From Macrostomum lignano (Eukaryota): 64,000 nt of DNA. Of the stretch, positions 13,091 through 38,519 are shown one piece after another (positions within the stretch are counted from its first letter, which is position 1; each line of letters opens with the position of its first letter). The stretch is from the NCBI GenBank assembly GCA_002269645.1, contig NIVC01000480.1, forward strand, positions 36,348 to 100,347, written 5' to 3'. The notes beneath the pieces are model-generated. The model was not told the DNA's origin, did no database searches, and saw nothing but the letters and a program-made list of their open reading frames with translations. Both the position numbers and the translations under genes were made by a program.

Positions 13091-14145
13091 ACTAGGGAAG
13101 AAATAAAATATTACCGTCAATGAGGCCTCTTCAACACTCTATCTAGCTGTCTAAAAAGTTGTAATCTTGATGGATCTATGTTATTTAAACACTCTTAGAT
13201 TATGTTAGCAGATTTTTCGTGATGCCAATTGGGTACCAAGACGTTTTCATTTTGATGTGACGTTCATCAAAGTAAATTTATTGTTTAAAACAACAATTTA
13301 AACTTCAATTTTAATAAATAATGGAAGAAGTTAGTGAATTGACCAGATGCACTGAATTTGTAAAAAATGTATTTTTATGTTAAAGAAAGTTAGTTTTAAT
13401 TTATGATGATACATTTCCAAATTGTTCATATACGAGAAAAATGATACGAGCGTACAATCGCGTTGCAAAATGACTACCCATAATAACGTGTAATATCATG
13501 TGGTTACACATCCACGTAAATACATAATTGCTTACAGTACATTCTGCATGAGATCCTGTGTTTATTAATTGTCTTTTCGTTTCCTGAAGTCCTGCAATGT
13601 TTTGAAGTGAAATGTTTCAGTGGAACCCGAGTCATCAAGCGAAAACCTGAGCAAATAATATCAGATTATAAACACGTACCTGTTTAACTTCAGCAGGGAA
13701 GTCGTCAATGCGATCTTCAAAACACCTGAGGCAGAAACGTCGAACATAAAAAATGGAGCAACCCTGAATGTAGATGAAATGAGAATTTCATACATTATAT
13801 GCATAAATAGTACATAAATAATCATAAAAGCAGTCAATAGCAACATTGAGAACTTTTATTGCACAATGATTGGTATATTTATTATGCCTTACACTTTGCA
13901 TGCAAACGCTTCTATTACAAACAGAGCAGTTTGCACCGACCATGATACAGCTGCTACCTTCAGAAGTTTCAGGATCCTTGAGAAGATAGCAATCCTCCAG
14001 AAGTCTAAAATAAAATTGAGTACTTTGATTAAACGCTATAACATTTTAAGTTTAAAGGATATAATTCCGCAAATATTTTTCTGGTTTCTGCTAAAAACAC
14101 CACAAATTATTCTTGTTAGTTCTACTAATAGTAGCAATATGCTAC

Positions 14146-14282
14146 CAGTGGCGCAGCCAGGAATTTTTTTCGCTGGGGGGGCATGATCAGCACCTGGAGG
14201 AGGGGTGTAATGAGAGGGGTTTCTTCGGAATTTCGGGGGGGGGGTTGTCTCCCGCGGGTCCACTGACTGCGCCACGCCACTG
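14146..14282. mobile_element. Short MITE-like element with CAGTGGCG termini
   Basis: CAGTGGCG at 14146 and CGCCACTG ending 14282; G-run internal sequence; no TSD found. Confidence 0.5.
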
Positions 14283-14532
14283 CATCTGCATGCTACGAGT
14301 CTGACTTTAAAATGAATCGTAATGTTACTAAGACAAAGTAAATTTACCAACTATCATCTCAGCTATGTTATTATGTGATACATGTAGAAGAAATAGATGT
14401 ACCTGCATATACTTCGATGGAGTACCAAGTAGATATGAGGAAACAAAATCTGTGGCTAGGCATGTAAAATCCCCATTCGATGATACATAGAAGTCAAACT
14501 TAACTGCATGAAAACAGCTCCAAGCAATTGAT

Positions 14533-14964
14533 CATAGGCGTAGGAACGTTTCAAAAAGTGGGGTGGGGGCAGGTTCAGTGGGGGATTTAGGGGGGGGCGC
14601 ACAGGGTGCACGCCCCCGTCGAGTTAGATTTTTTTAGATGGAAAATGCACATTATCATGTACCGATTATTTTCAGAATCCGTCTTGTCGATCAGCACTCA
14701 TTTTATAAAGCGCCGCAGGCACTCATTTTAGTGCCGCAGACCCACATTTTAGCGCTGCAGGCACTCATCTTGGCGCTACAGGCACTCATTTTGGCGCTGC
14801 AGGCGCTATGTTTTGTCGCCCTGCAGCAAAATGCATTCATGCAAAGTAGCAAGGAGTCTACATTATACATTTAATATGTGGGGGGTCAGATACCATTACT
14901 GCCCCCCCCCATTTTAAAAAGTGAGGGGGCATGGCCCCACTGGCCCCCCTTTCCGACGCCTATG
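14533..14964. mobile_element. hAT-like MITE with 14-bp TIR CATAGGCGT(A/C)GGAA, carrying 4-5 units of the 21-bp GCGCCGCAGGCACTCATTTT repeat
   Basis: TIR 13/14 match; 8-bp TSD CAATTGAT/CAATCGAT (7/8). Confidence 0.8.
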
Positions 14965-15777
14965 CAATCGATTAGCAAGGCTAACGGTTAAAAAAGAACC
15001 ATTCACCAAAGAGACCCAAATTTTACACAATGCGATAAAAAAAATGTCCATCCATGCCATGGGGAATATATTGTACAGTTTTGTTTTTGCTTCTAGTTGT
15101 ATGTGCGGATATATTAGGCTAAAACAAAGTGCTGCTAAATAATGCTGTCATAAAGTCATTCAATTCGATTCATTCAGTTCAGATAGAGCATACTATAACT
15201 AAATGTGGTAGCACTTACTCCATTGATGCCTTTAAAAATCTAGCCTGCTTTCCAAATGATGAATATGGAAATTCGAGATCGCAAGAACAACATGTAAAAT
15301 CAGGCATATCTCATATAATTTACGCTCGCGCTGTCTTTAGATAAATTTTAATTTAAATCTTAATCAGGTAAATTTGTTTATCAATCAAAATAGACTTTAC
15401 AATTATTATTAATAGTATTATAGAATTTTAATATATTAATTAGTATTAATTGTGAATACTAACTCGATGCTAACTCAATTTAAAATAATGCAACAAAGTC
15501 AATCAAACGTCTTTAGAGCTAACTATCAATATATAATTTACACCAAGTTAATTTATTTTGGTTTTGGTAAAAATTGAAATTAGTCGGCCTTTTTTACTTG
15601 TGCAAAATAACTGTATTGGAATAAACAAAGTAACTTGATTTTAACTTGGTTTAGAAGGACATTACCATTCTTTTTGCTTTATTAGACTACAACTCAGTAT
15701 TATTTTAAAATATATTGTAAGTAAACAAATAGTTAGTTGTCATTGCTAGAAAGAGGATAGAAATTGTCTGATGGAAG

Positions 15778-15841
15778 ATGGACGAGCCCGATCCCAGTCG
15801 AGACATCATGACGACTGACGAGTCGGTCGACAATCGTGGTG
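15778..15841 (+). CDS. Candidate first coding exon (MDEPDPSRDIMTTDESVDNRG) of the Sxl-like gene
   Basis: CpG-containing island in AT-rich DNA; donor G|GTAATT at 15842 in phase 1 joins in frame to acceptor ACAACAG|TG at 19949. The acceptor lacks a pyrimidine tract. Confidence 0.42.
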
Positions 15842-16208
15842 GTAATTAGGGACTACCATGTATATTAAAATAATAATCAATCCAGGCCTACCGGCCTGCT
15901 TCTCGCAACCACATTTCAAAAATATTAAGTGAAACTTTCTACCAATTTTCAAAATCAGACTGACTGTTAGAGTCAGTTAGAGTTAGACTTACTTAGGCTT
16001 GCCTTAGGCCTACTCATAGCATAGCATAGCATCAGGTATTGAATATTGGGCATACTTGATCTTTGAAGCATTTTTATTAGTAAATAATAACCTTCAAAAC
16101 ATTGTATTTTATTTGGAAACTGAAAATAGGCCTACCTCATTAGGGCCTAATAGGAATAAAAATATATGCCTAAAAGTCAGTGGTGTAGACCATGACCACC
16201 ACACACAA

Positions 16209-16789
16209 ACCTTTTAAACTTTGTCCAACTCATAATAATCCAAGTTCCAACCATTATTCCAACTCATAATGTGGTTACAAGTCAGAATAACGGTTGGAAT
16301 ATTCCGAGTAGGCCTATGTAAAGATTTAATTTAATAATTTAATTTAATTTAATTTATAATTTAATATGTTGTAAGAGTCTAAATATCATTATGAATCTTA
16401 TTCCAACTGATTATTAAATATATTGCAATGATTAAATGATACTTATAGTCAATTATAATTGCAGTATAGCCTAGGCTATAAAATGAATAAATAATTAGTC
16501 AAAATAAGAGTCAGAATGATATTTTGACTCTAGCAATATATTTAACAATCAGCAAGAATTAAGAGTTGGAATAATATTCAGACTCTTGCAATGTATTAAA
16601 TAATCAGTCAAAATAAAAGCCAGAATGATGTTTAGACTCTAATTGCAATATATTAAATAATTAGTTGGAATTAGGCCTAAGAGTCATAATATTCCAACCA
16701 TTATTCCCCTTATTCTGACTCATAATTTAACCATATCACAAGTTAAAATAATGGTTGGAATATTCCAAGTTGGACAAAGTTTAAAAGGT
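16209..16789. mobile_element. Foldback/MITE-like non-autonomous DNA element with perfect 22-bp TIR ACCTTTTAAACTTTGTCCAACT
   Basis: 16209-16230 is the exact reverse complement of 16768-16789; subterminal TTCCAACCATTATT motifs occur in both orientations. No TSD identified. Confidence 0.72.
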
Positions 16790-18147
16790 CCATATACCAA
16801 GACCACCACATTTAGGAAAACTAGGAGAGAAATTTGGCTCAATGTGTTATTAGGCTTAGATAGGCCTAGTGCTAGAGAGGAGATAGGCCTAAGTGGATAG
16901 AACTAGCAAGTAGCAAGACAAGGCTATGAGTAAGGAACCTATGAGAGAAATAGCAGTGCTAGAAGATTAGTAGCTCCCCCTCAATACCAGTAGCCAGTAA
17001 TAGCTATGGTGTTCTTGGTATATGGTTGTTTTAGTCTTAGTCATGTGCCAATCTAGCTAAGCCTTTGTAATAATGTTTTTTTAAAAGAAATAGTAGGAGA
17101 GAGGCTAGGCATTCAAATGTTTCATTTCAATCTTTCAATCTTTAATGAAGGCATGTTAGGCCTATATGGAATGGATATATATTATTTTAGGCCTAAGCTA
17201 GGACTAGACTAGGCCTAGGCTTTCCTTCTTTGATACTTAGGCCTAGTTTGATATTTCTAATTAGTAGGCCTAGATAGGCCCCATAACATAGATAAACTAA
17301 GTGAGCTTACATAAATAAATAGACTATAAGAATCTTAATTTGCTTTGAATTTAAAAACCTTAATAACTTAATTAGGTCAAAAGCAAGACACTCCAATGCT
17401 AGATATAGCAATACCAAATATTTTAATACTAAGATAGTTTTCTATTGAAAGCAAGTAAAGCTTTTTCAAAAAAGAAAAATTGGAAAAATGTTTTTCTTTT
17501 TAAAGGTTAATACTTATATTTATTGTCTTTGTCTAGTCATTCAATATACTTGGTGATAGGTCTATAGGTGGCATAGTTTGCATGTTCTATTATACTTAGG
17601 ATTTGTATGTCTAAGGGCAATATAACTTATAGTCTAGATCATGCTAGGTGCACACTTGAACAAAATTGAATAGTAATAAATAGATGCTAAAAAAGTTTAA
17701 ATGCATACCCATACTCTCAAATCTAGACTAGTATTGCAAGAATAAATGACATTTTTGCTTTTTGAATGTTAATGACCTTTTTTGCATTGTATAAAAGACC
17801 CTTTTAACAGATAATTTGGTTGATCATTTTTCTTTCTTGCTTATTATATTATATTTCTTGCTTATTACTATTTATAATTATATGGGGAATAGCTATACTC
17901 AAAAAACTATTTAAATACTTTATTATGAGCTCAAAATTGGAGAGCTTGAAATTAATGCTTGAAAATGACCTTTTAATCTTATTTTTCTATTTAACACTAA
18001 CTTTTCTCCCTGATTCTATCAAGTACATGCCAGGAATGCGTGCACACTATTTTCTTTTGAGTCATGCATGTCAATTGTGCATGCTTAACTTTTGGCATGC
18101 AAGGCCAATGCATACCCATTTTTGGGCATGTACTACATAATGTAGAG

Positions 18148-18303
18148 CAGTAGTTCTCAACCTTTTTCAGGCAACCCTAATTTTTAATGTTTACAACCCC
18201 TTTTATAATCAATAAAATGCATCATTAAGTATGATATACTCATATTTCTTAGTGTTGCAACCCACAGAAAATGGTCATGCAACCCTCAGGTTGAGAACTA
18301 CTA
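18148..18303. mobile_element. hAT (Charlie/MER5-like) MITE, 156 bp
   Basis: TIR CAGTAGTTCTCAACCT 15/16; 8-bp TSD ATGTAGAG/ATCTAGAG resembling the nTCTAGAn target of this group. Confidence 0.82.
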
Positions 18304-19014
18304 ATCTAGAGTATAAGAGTATGGAATACAACTTCTTTGCCAAAGAGTAAGAAATGGAAGGAAAAGGCATGGTTGCATTGGGGCGAGTTTAGATAGCAGC
18401 AAGAGCTGTGGGAATCAGCAAGTCCTTAACCCAATGTCACATTCAAGAAGGTATACATTATGACAGATAATTCTAGTGCATATAAATAAAAAATGTGCTC
18501 AACTTTTTGATTTAGTGCATAGCAAAAGCTGATCAAAAAGATTTAGCTTATAACAGGTTACCTAAAATGTATAATTTACATATACCCTACATGAAATATG
18601 TTTTAGACAATTTTTTCAAGGCATAGGCTAATTGATTAATGTATGTCAATTAGATAATTTTGTCTTAGTAAAGTAAACAAATAGCTGAAATTTAAAATAG
18701 CACTTTATTGCAAAGTTTTAGCCTATATTTTTGATAATTTGCAATGTGAACTAAAATAAAATGGATTTTTAAATTTAAAAAGGTCTAAAAAGCAACAAAA
18801 ATTGATTCATTGTTTTAATTTTTCATTTAATCTGAATTTTACTAGATTTCTTAGTATTACTGTGTACTAGTGCTCTATTATATTTATATGCTAATATTTC
18901 AATAAACAAAATGTAGGACTTGGTGCACAAATTTGTGCTTTAGCTCTATACATAGCAGACTCTGAAATATGCTAAAATATATAGATATTTTAAAAATATT
19001 TTTAATATACTAAA

Positions 19015-19895
19015 AAACAATCAGCCCTTAAATAAACAGGCTTAGCAATCAGCCCTCAAATCAATGGGCTGAACGATTTGCCCTCAAATAATCAGGCCTA
19101 ACAATCGGCCCTCAAATAAACAGGCTGAACACTCAGCCTTCAAATAAACAGGCTGAACAATCGGCCTTCAAATAAACAGGTTGAACACTCGGCCTTCAAA
19201 TAAACAGGCTGAACAATCTGCCTTCAAATAAAAAAGCTTAACAATCGGCCTTCAAATAAACGAACTGAACAATCGGCCTTCAAATAAACAGGCTTAACAA
19301 TCGGCCTTCAAATAAACAGGCTGAACAATCGGCCCTCAAATAAACAGGCTGAACAATCGGCCCTCAAATAAACAGGCTTAACAATCGGCCTTCAAATAAA
19401 CAGGCTTAACAATCGGCCTTCAAATAAACAGGCTTAACAATCGGCCTTCAAATAAACAGACTGAACAATCGGCCCTCGCATAATCAGGCTTAACAATCGG
19501 CCCTCAAATAAACAGGCTTAACAATCGGCCTTCAAATAAACAGGCTGAACACTCGGCCTTAAAATAAACAGGCCGTACAATCAGTCCTCAAATGAATGGG
19601 CTCAACAATCGGCCTTCAAAAAACAGGCTGAACAATCGGCCTTCAAATAAACAGGCTGAACAATCGGCCCTCAAATAAACAGGCTGAACAATCGGCCCTC
19701 AAATAAACAGGCTTAACAATCGGCCTTCAAATAAACAGGCTGAACACTCGGCCTTAAAATAAACAGGCTGAACACTCGGCCTTAAAATAACAGGCTGAAC
19801 AATCGGCCTTCAAATAAACAGGCTGAACACTCGGCCTAAAAATAACAGGCTGAACAATCGGCCTTCAAATAATCGGGCTTAACCATCGGCCCTCA
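19015..19895. repeat. Minisatellite, about 28-bp unit CAGGCTGAACAATCGGCCTTCAAATAAA
   Basis: Tandem repetition ending about 70 bp before the Sxl-like ATG. Confidence 0.93.
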
Positions 19896-19965
19896 AACAT
19901 TTCTGATTCAACAAATACCAGTGCAATAGCTTAAAAACAAGACAACAGTGTTCAAAAAGTTAAGC

Positions 19966-22485
19966 ATGGCTCAATACTCCGACACAAACTTAATTGTCAA
20001 CTATCTACCCCAAGACATGACGGACGAACAATTAAGACAGATATTCGATAGCGAAGTACCCGGAGTTAAATCTGTAAAAATCTGTCGCAACAACGCCACA
20101 GGCTATAGCTACGGTTACGGATTTTGCGAATACGACACTCAAGAGCTGGCTAACCAGGCCATTGCGGCTGTCAATCGCCGACAAGTTGGCAATAAAACGC
20201 TTAAAGTGGCATTTGCTCGATTGCGCAGCGATCAAACTAGAAATTGTAAGCTGCGCTTATCGAATCTGCCGTCTTGGCTGACTCAGGAAGCGCTGCAATC
20301 CGTGCTGGATCAATACGGATCGGTTATTAATTGCAAAGCGCTGCTAGATCCCAATGGAGCTTGTCGGGGTGTGGGATTCTGTCTGTACGAGACCAGGTCG
20401 TCTGCCGAGCAGGCTATGAATTCGATGAATGGGAAACCCTGGCCTAACTCGGACTCTTTGCCAATACAGGTGACACTAGTTCAATATTTATTAATAGCCG
20501 TTTTTTTTCTGCGAAACATAGAAAATATGATTCTGGTTGCTCTTTTAAATATGCATCTTTCCATTAGGGAGAGGTCTATTTCTGAGTTTTTCTGTCCTTC
20601 CCTATCTGTATTGTCTGTTTTTCCCTGTCTGTCTTGTCTGTTTTTCCCTGTCTGTCTTGTCTGTTTTTCCCTGTCTGTCTTGTCTGTCCTTCCCTGTCTG
20701 TCTTGTCTATCCTTCCCTGTCTGTCTTGTCTGTCCTTCCCTGTCTGTCTTGTCTATCCTTCCCTGTCTGTCTTGTCTGTTTTTCCCTGTCTGTCTTGCCT
20801 GTCCTTCCCTGTCTGTCTTTTCTGTCCTTCCCTGTCTGTCTTGTCTGTCTTTCCGTCTGTATTGTCTGTCCTTCCCTGTCTGTCTTGTCTGTCCTTCCCT
20901 GTCTGTCTTGTCTGTCCTTCCCTGTCTGTATTGTCTGTCCTTCCCTGTCTGTCTTGCCTGTCCTTCTCTGTCTGTCTTGTCTGTCCTTCCCTGTCTGTCT
21001 TGTCTATCCCTCCCTGTCTGGCTTGTCTATCCTTCCCTGTCTGTATTGTCTATCCTTCCCTGTCTGTATTGTCTATCCTTCCCTGTCTGTATTGTCTATT
21101 TTCCCTGTCTGTCTTGTCTATCCTTCCCTGTCTGTCTTGTCTGTTTTCCCTGTCTGTATTGTCTGTTTTTCCCTGTCTGTCTTGTCTGTTTTTCCCTGTC
21201 TGTCTTGTCTGTCCTTCCCTGTCTGTCTTGTCTATCCTTCCCTGTCTGTCTTGTCTGTCCTTCCCTGTCTGTCTTGTCTATCCCTCCCTGTCTGGCTTGT
21301 CTATCCTTCCCTGTCTGTATTGTCTATCCTTCCCTGTCTGTCTTGTCTGTTTTCCCTGTCTGTCTTGCCTGTCCTTCTCTGTCTGTCTTGTCTGTCCTTC
21401 CCTGTCTGTCTTGTCTGTTTTCCCTGTCTGTCTTGCCTGTCCTTCTCTGTCTGTCTTGTCTGTCCTTCCCTGTCTGTCTTGTCTGTTTTCCCTGTCTGTC
21501 CTTCCCTGTCTGTCTTGTCTGTCCTTCCCTGTCTGTCTTGTCTGTTTTTCCCTGTCTGTCTTGCCTGTCCTTCCCTGTCTGTCTTTTCTGTCCTTCCCTG
21601 TCTGTCTTGTCTGTCTTTCCGTCTGTATTGTCTGTCCTTCCCTGTCTGTCTTGTCTGTCCTTCCCTGTCTGTCTTGTCTGTCCTTCCCTGTCTGTATTGT
21701 CTGTCCTTCCCTGTCTGTCCTGTCTGTTTTTCCCTGTCTGTCTTGCCTGTCCTTCCCTGTCTGTCTTGTCTGTCCTTCCCTGTCTGTCTTGTCTATCCTT
21801 TCGTCTGTCTTGTCTGTTTTTCCCTGTCTGTCTTGTCTGTCCTTCCCTGTCTGTCTTGTCTGTCCTTCCCTGTCTGTCTTGTCTATCCTTTCGTCTGTCT
21901 TGTCTGTTTTTCCCTGTCTGTCTTGTCTATCCTTTCGTCTGTCTTGTCTGTCTTTCCCTGACTGTCTTGCCTCTCCTTCCCTGTCTGTATTGTCTGTCTC
22001 GCCTCTTCTTCGTCTTCCTTTCCTGGCCTGTCATATTTCCTTGTGATTATCCTGCTGTCTGTTCTAGATAGTCCTAGACTGTTCTATTAGCTTTCCCTAT
22101 CTGTACTCTGCCGCCAGGCCTTCAATATGTGTAATAATTCACACACATCTAATTATCTCCCCAGGTTCGCTACGCCGATCAGAACGAGAAGAAGGTGCGG
22201 GCGCCACAAGCCGGGCACTACCAGCACCAGCACCAGCACCAGCCTCAGCACCAGCCGCCGCCTCCGCCGCAGATGCACCAGCAATCAATGAATTTTTATC
22301 ATCATCCCGCAGCTTCTTATCATCGGCAGCCCCAGCCTTACGGTCACCACCCTCAGTATGTTCAGCAGCAGCCGCCGATGCCGCCTCAGCAGCAGCCTCA
22401 TCATCATAATCAGCATTTCCATGGCGGGTTTCAGCATCCCGGCCACCAAGGAGCCTGGGGCTATAGTCAGCCTCGTTATTCATGA
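19966..22485 (+). CDS. Sxl: Sex-lethal-like RNA-binding protein (ELAV superfamily): two RRMs and a Q/H/P-rich tail; exons 19966(or 19949)-20469 and 22165-22485
   Basis: SDTNLIVNYLPQDMTD, TGYSYGYGF, KTLKVAFAR, RGVGF and spliced LPIQ|VRYAD follow Sxl RRM1/RRM2; CAG|GT at 20470 and CCCCAG acceptor at 22164 in phase 0; no third RRM. Confidence 0.85.
20590..22010. repeat. Intronic A-poor pyrimidine-rich array, about 23-bp unit CCTTCCCTGTCTGTCTTGTCTGT
   Basis: Read directly; fills the Sxl-like intron. Confidence 0.95.
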
Positions 22486-22624
22486 TTTTAATGCCGCTTT
22501 AAATTCGTATATAAATATCTAATTTTAGCTACTGTAAGTAGTCACTGAGTTCCAAGAGTTTTAAATATTGTTTGCGAAAATTTCTTTAAACTAGCCTTCG
22601 GAGAATCAAGGTTAAAACGAAGTT

Positions 22625-22915
22625 TTCAAATCAGCTTTCAAATTATCAACTTTCAAATCAATCTTCAAATAATGAGCTTTCAAATCAATCTTCAAATAAT
22701 CAGCTTTCAAATCGGCCTTCAAATAATCAGCTTTCAAATCGGCCTTATAAAATCAAAAGTCGAATCAGATTCAAATAATCAATTTTCTATTCGGCCTTCT
22801 AAAAATCAAATGTCGAATCGGCCTTCAAATAATCAGCTTTCGAATCGGCCTTCAAATAATCAACTTTCTATTCGGCTTTTAAATAATCAGCTTTCAAATC
22901 GGCCTTCAAATAATC
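22625..22915. repeat. Degenerate about 27-bp array TCAGCTTTCAAATCGGCCTTCAAATAA, related to the 19015-19895 array
   Basis: Shares the 17-mer AATCGGCCTTCAAATAA. Confidence 0.8.
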
Positions 22916-23240
22916 AACCAAAAATTGTCCTTGGGTACTCAATTTTGACACCACGTCTATAAATCATGATTTTTAACAAATTAACTGCAAAAATTGACAT
23001 GAAATTTTATGATTTTAATTGAAATCGTGTTTCCCTGTCGAAATATTTTTTTTCGGATGACTAAACTGTTTTTTATTCTTTCGAAGCGATCATAACTCTC
23101 TCGAAGCAATTCTTAGTTTGCAAAGCTGTTGCTGAAAGTTTGTAACCCTCTGAGGATAATGTTTTGAACTGAAAATGCGATTTAACTCTGATTGATTTTT
23201 ACTTTTTCTTGCAACGTTTAATGAAGTTCTAAGCTATTCT

Positions 23241-23895
23241 CACCGTCTGTCTCACCCTAATTCTCACCGTCTATCTCACTCTAATTCTCACCATCTATCT
23301 CACCGGTTATCTCACCCTAATTCTCACCGTCTATCTCACCCTAATCTCACTATCTATCTCACCCTAATTCTCACCGTCTATCTCACCATCTATCTCACCG
23401 GTTATCTCACCCTAATTCTCACCGTCTATCTCACCCTAATCTCACTATCTATCTCACCCTAATTCTCACCGTCTATCTCACCATCTATCTCACCGGTTAT
23501 CTCACCCTAATTCTCACCGTCTATCTCACCCTAATCTCACTATCTATCTCACATTAATTCTCACCGTCTATCTCACCCTAATCTCCCCTAATTCTCACCG
23601 TCTATCTCACCGTCCATCTCACTATCTATCTCACCCTAATTCTTACCGTCTATCTCACCGTCCATCTCACTATCTATTTCACCCTAATTCTCACCGTCTA
23701 TCTCACCGTCCATCTCACTATCTATCTCACCCTAATTCTCACCGTCTATCTCACCATCTATCTCATCGGTTATCTCACCCTAATTCTCACCGTCTATCTC
23801 ACCATCTATCTCATCGGTTATCTCACCCTAATTCTTACCGTCTATCTCACCATCTATCTCACCGGTTATCTCACCCTAATTCTCACTATCTATCT
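23241..23895. repeat. Minisatellite built of 12/24-bp subunits (TCTCACCGTCTA / TCTCACCCTAAT)
   Basis: Tandem repetition read directly. Confidence 0.92.
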
Positions 23896-24734
23896 CTAGC
23901 ACTGAAGTCTTTCTCTTAAGTAAATTCTAAAACTCTCGGTACCAATAGTAAGGTTTTTATTTGCCTTCAAATGGTTAATAGAACCAGTAGACAGAATTAA
24001 TGCAATTGAAAATTAGAATTGGTAAAAAACGTATAAAACGGGTTAAATAAATAATTTGTGCTTGCAACTGACTGCGCTAGTCTACCTATTGAACGTCACT
24101 TATAAATGTTTGACTTCTTCGCATTGTTAAGAATTTTAGGTGCAAAAATATGTCTCAAATTTTTCCTTCTGTTTGAATGGCATTCCATTACGAATAGGCT
24201 ATGGCCATGTACCTGTGTACATATTTGCAATTATTATAAATATGCCGTGTGTCTGATGCTGCTCTATGAACGCCTTCCATTTGAATATAAGTAGTATATA
24301 CATATAATATTCCAGTTTGTGATCACTAATATTAATTAATTGGCACATTATATAATGTTATCGAAATTATTGTACAAATGTGTGTAAAATACAAAGTTTT
24401 TAATGAGTAATATCAAGTGATGAAATAACAATTGTGAAGTTTGTTGCAATTTTATTTGTTTTAATGCTTGCTTCAATTTAGTTTCTTTTTCTAGGAAAAT
24501 CTATCGAAATTTTCATAACGGAAGCAGTATGCATTTAATGTGTTTCAAATTGTTTTTAATATAAAGCTCTTCTTTGCTATTGATAGTAGGATAGTAGGGC
24601 AAATAGCAATTAGAAAGCAAATTTGAAGGAGTTGTTACATTTTATATGACAAGAATTGGGCTGTTGTAAGTACGTGCTAATTAAATTAATATTGTGTAGC
24701 AAAATAGGTTGATTTACTGCTTCACTCTTTTCTG

Positions 24735-25320
24735 CTTTCCCTCTGTCTCACCCTCTCCCCTGCCTTCCCCTCTGTCTCACCCTCTTCCCTGCCTTCCTTT
24801 ATGTGTCTCACCCTCTCCCCTGCCTTCCTCTATGTCTCACCCTCTCCCCTGCCTCCCCCTCTGTCTCACCCTCTCCCCTGCCTTCCACTCTGTCTCACCC
24901 TCTCCCTTGCCTCCCCCGTCTGTCTCACCCTCTCCCCTGCCTTCCCCGTGTTTCACCCTCTCCTCTGCCTTCACCCTCTGTCTCACCCTCTCCCTTGCCT
25001 CCCCCGTCTGTCTCACCCTCTCCCCTGCCTTCCCCCTGTGTTTCACCCTCTCCCCTGCCTTCACCCTCTGTCTCACCCTCTCCCCCGCCTTCCCCTCTGT
25101 CTCACCCTCTCCTCTGGCTTCCCCTCTGTCTCGCCCTCTTCGCCTTCCCCTCTATCTCACCCTCTACCCTGCCTTCCCCCTCTGTCTCACCCTCTCCCCT
25201 GCCTTCCCCTCTGTCTCACCCTCTCCCCTGCCTTCCCCCTCTGTCTCACACTCTCCCCTGCCTTCCCCTCTGTCTCTCCCTCTCCCCTGCCTTCCCCTCT
25301 GTCTCTCCCTCACCCTAACC
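24735..25320. repeat. Pyrimidine-rich minisatellite, about 29-bp unit CTGTCTCACCCTCTCCCCTGCCTTCCCCT
   Basis: Tandem repetition read directly. Confidence 0.93.
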
Positions 25321-25492
25321 CTCGTCTGCCTTCCCCTTGACTCGCCTCTTACCTGCACGATTTCTAAAAGCTTCATGTAAAAGATTTGTTTACAAAATGG
25401 GAGAGCCAAAGCTGAAACATAATTTTCCATAGCAAGTGGCATCACAACAATAAGTCAATATTCTGTTAAAGACTGTCCATCCATTCCGTCCT

Positions 25493-38141
<12,649 letters not shown>

Positions 38142-38519
38142 CTGGAGCACAATCGGCACAGGAACATAGTGGCAGATGTACAATTTAGATATAGCAGTGT
38201 GCAGTAGAAAAGACAGATTCGATCCAAACATAAAGACACTATACTGAAAATATATTAGCATGCATTTCTACGCACTGGCCAATCAGCATTGTTTCATTTG
38301 CAACCAATTGGATGTCTAACTGAGATTTTAGGGATATGAGCTTCATACAAATGTTTTACTTACATGTATATTACTTAGAGTCGCAATATCATGATGCAGG
38401 TGCGTAAAATTCAATCGAGCTTTCTTAAAAAAATATAATTCCTTGTTACCGCAACCGGTTATAATACATGTACAAGCTACCAGTGCACCACACTCTAAAC
38501 GCCTTATGCAAGCTTGGTT

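Noticed and set aside
19948-22071. 707-aa ORF as the Sxl-like protein
   Set aside because: Read-through of an A-poor intron that can hardly encode stops; canonical splice sites restore the RRM2 end (VRYAD).
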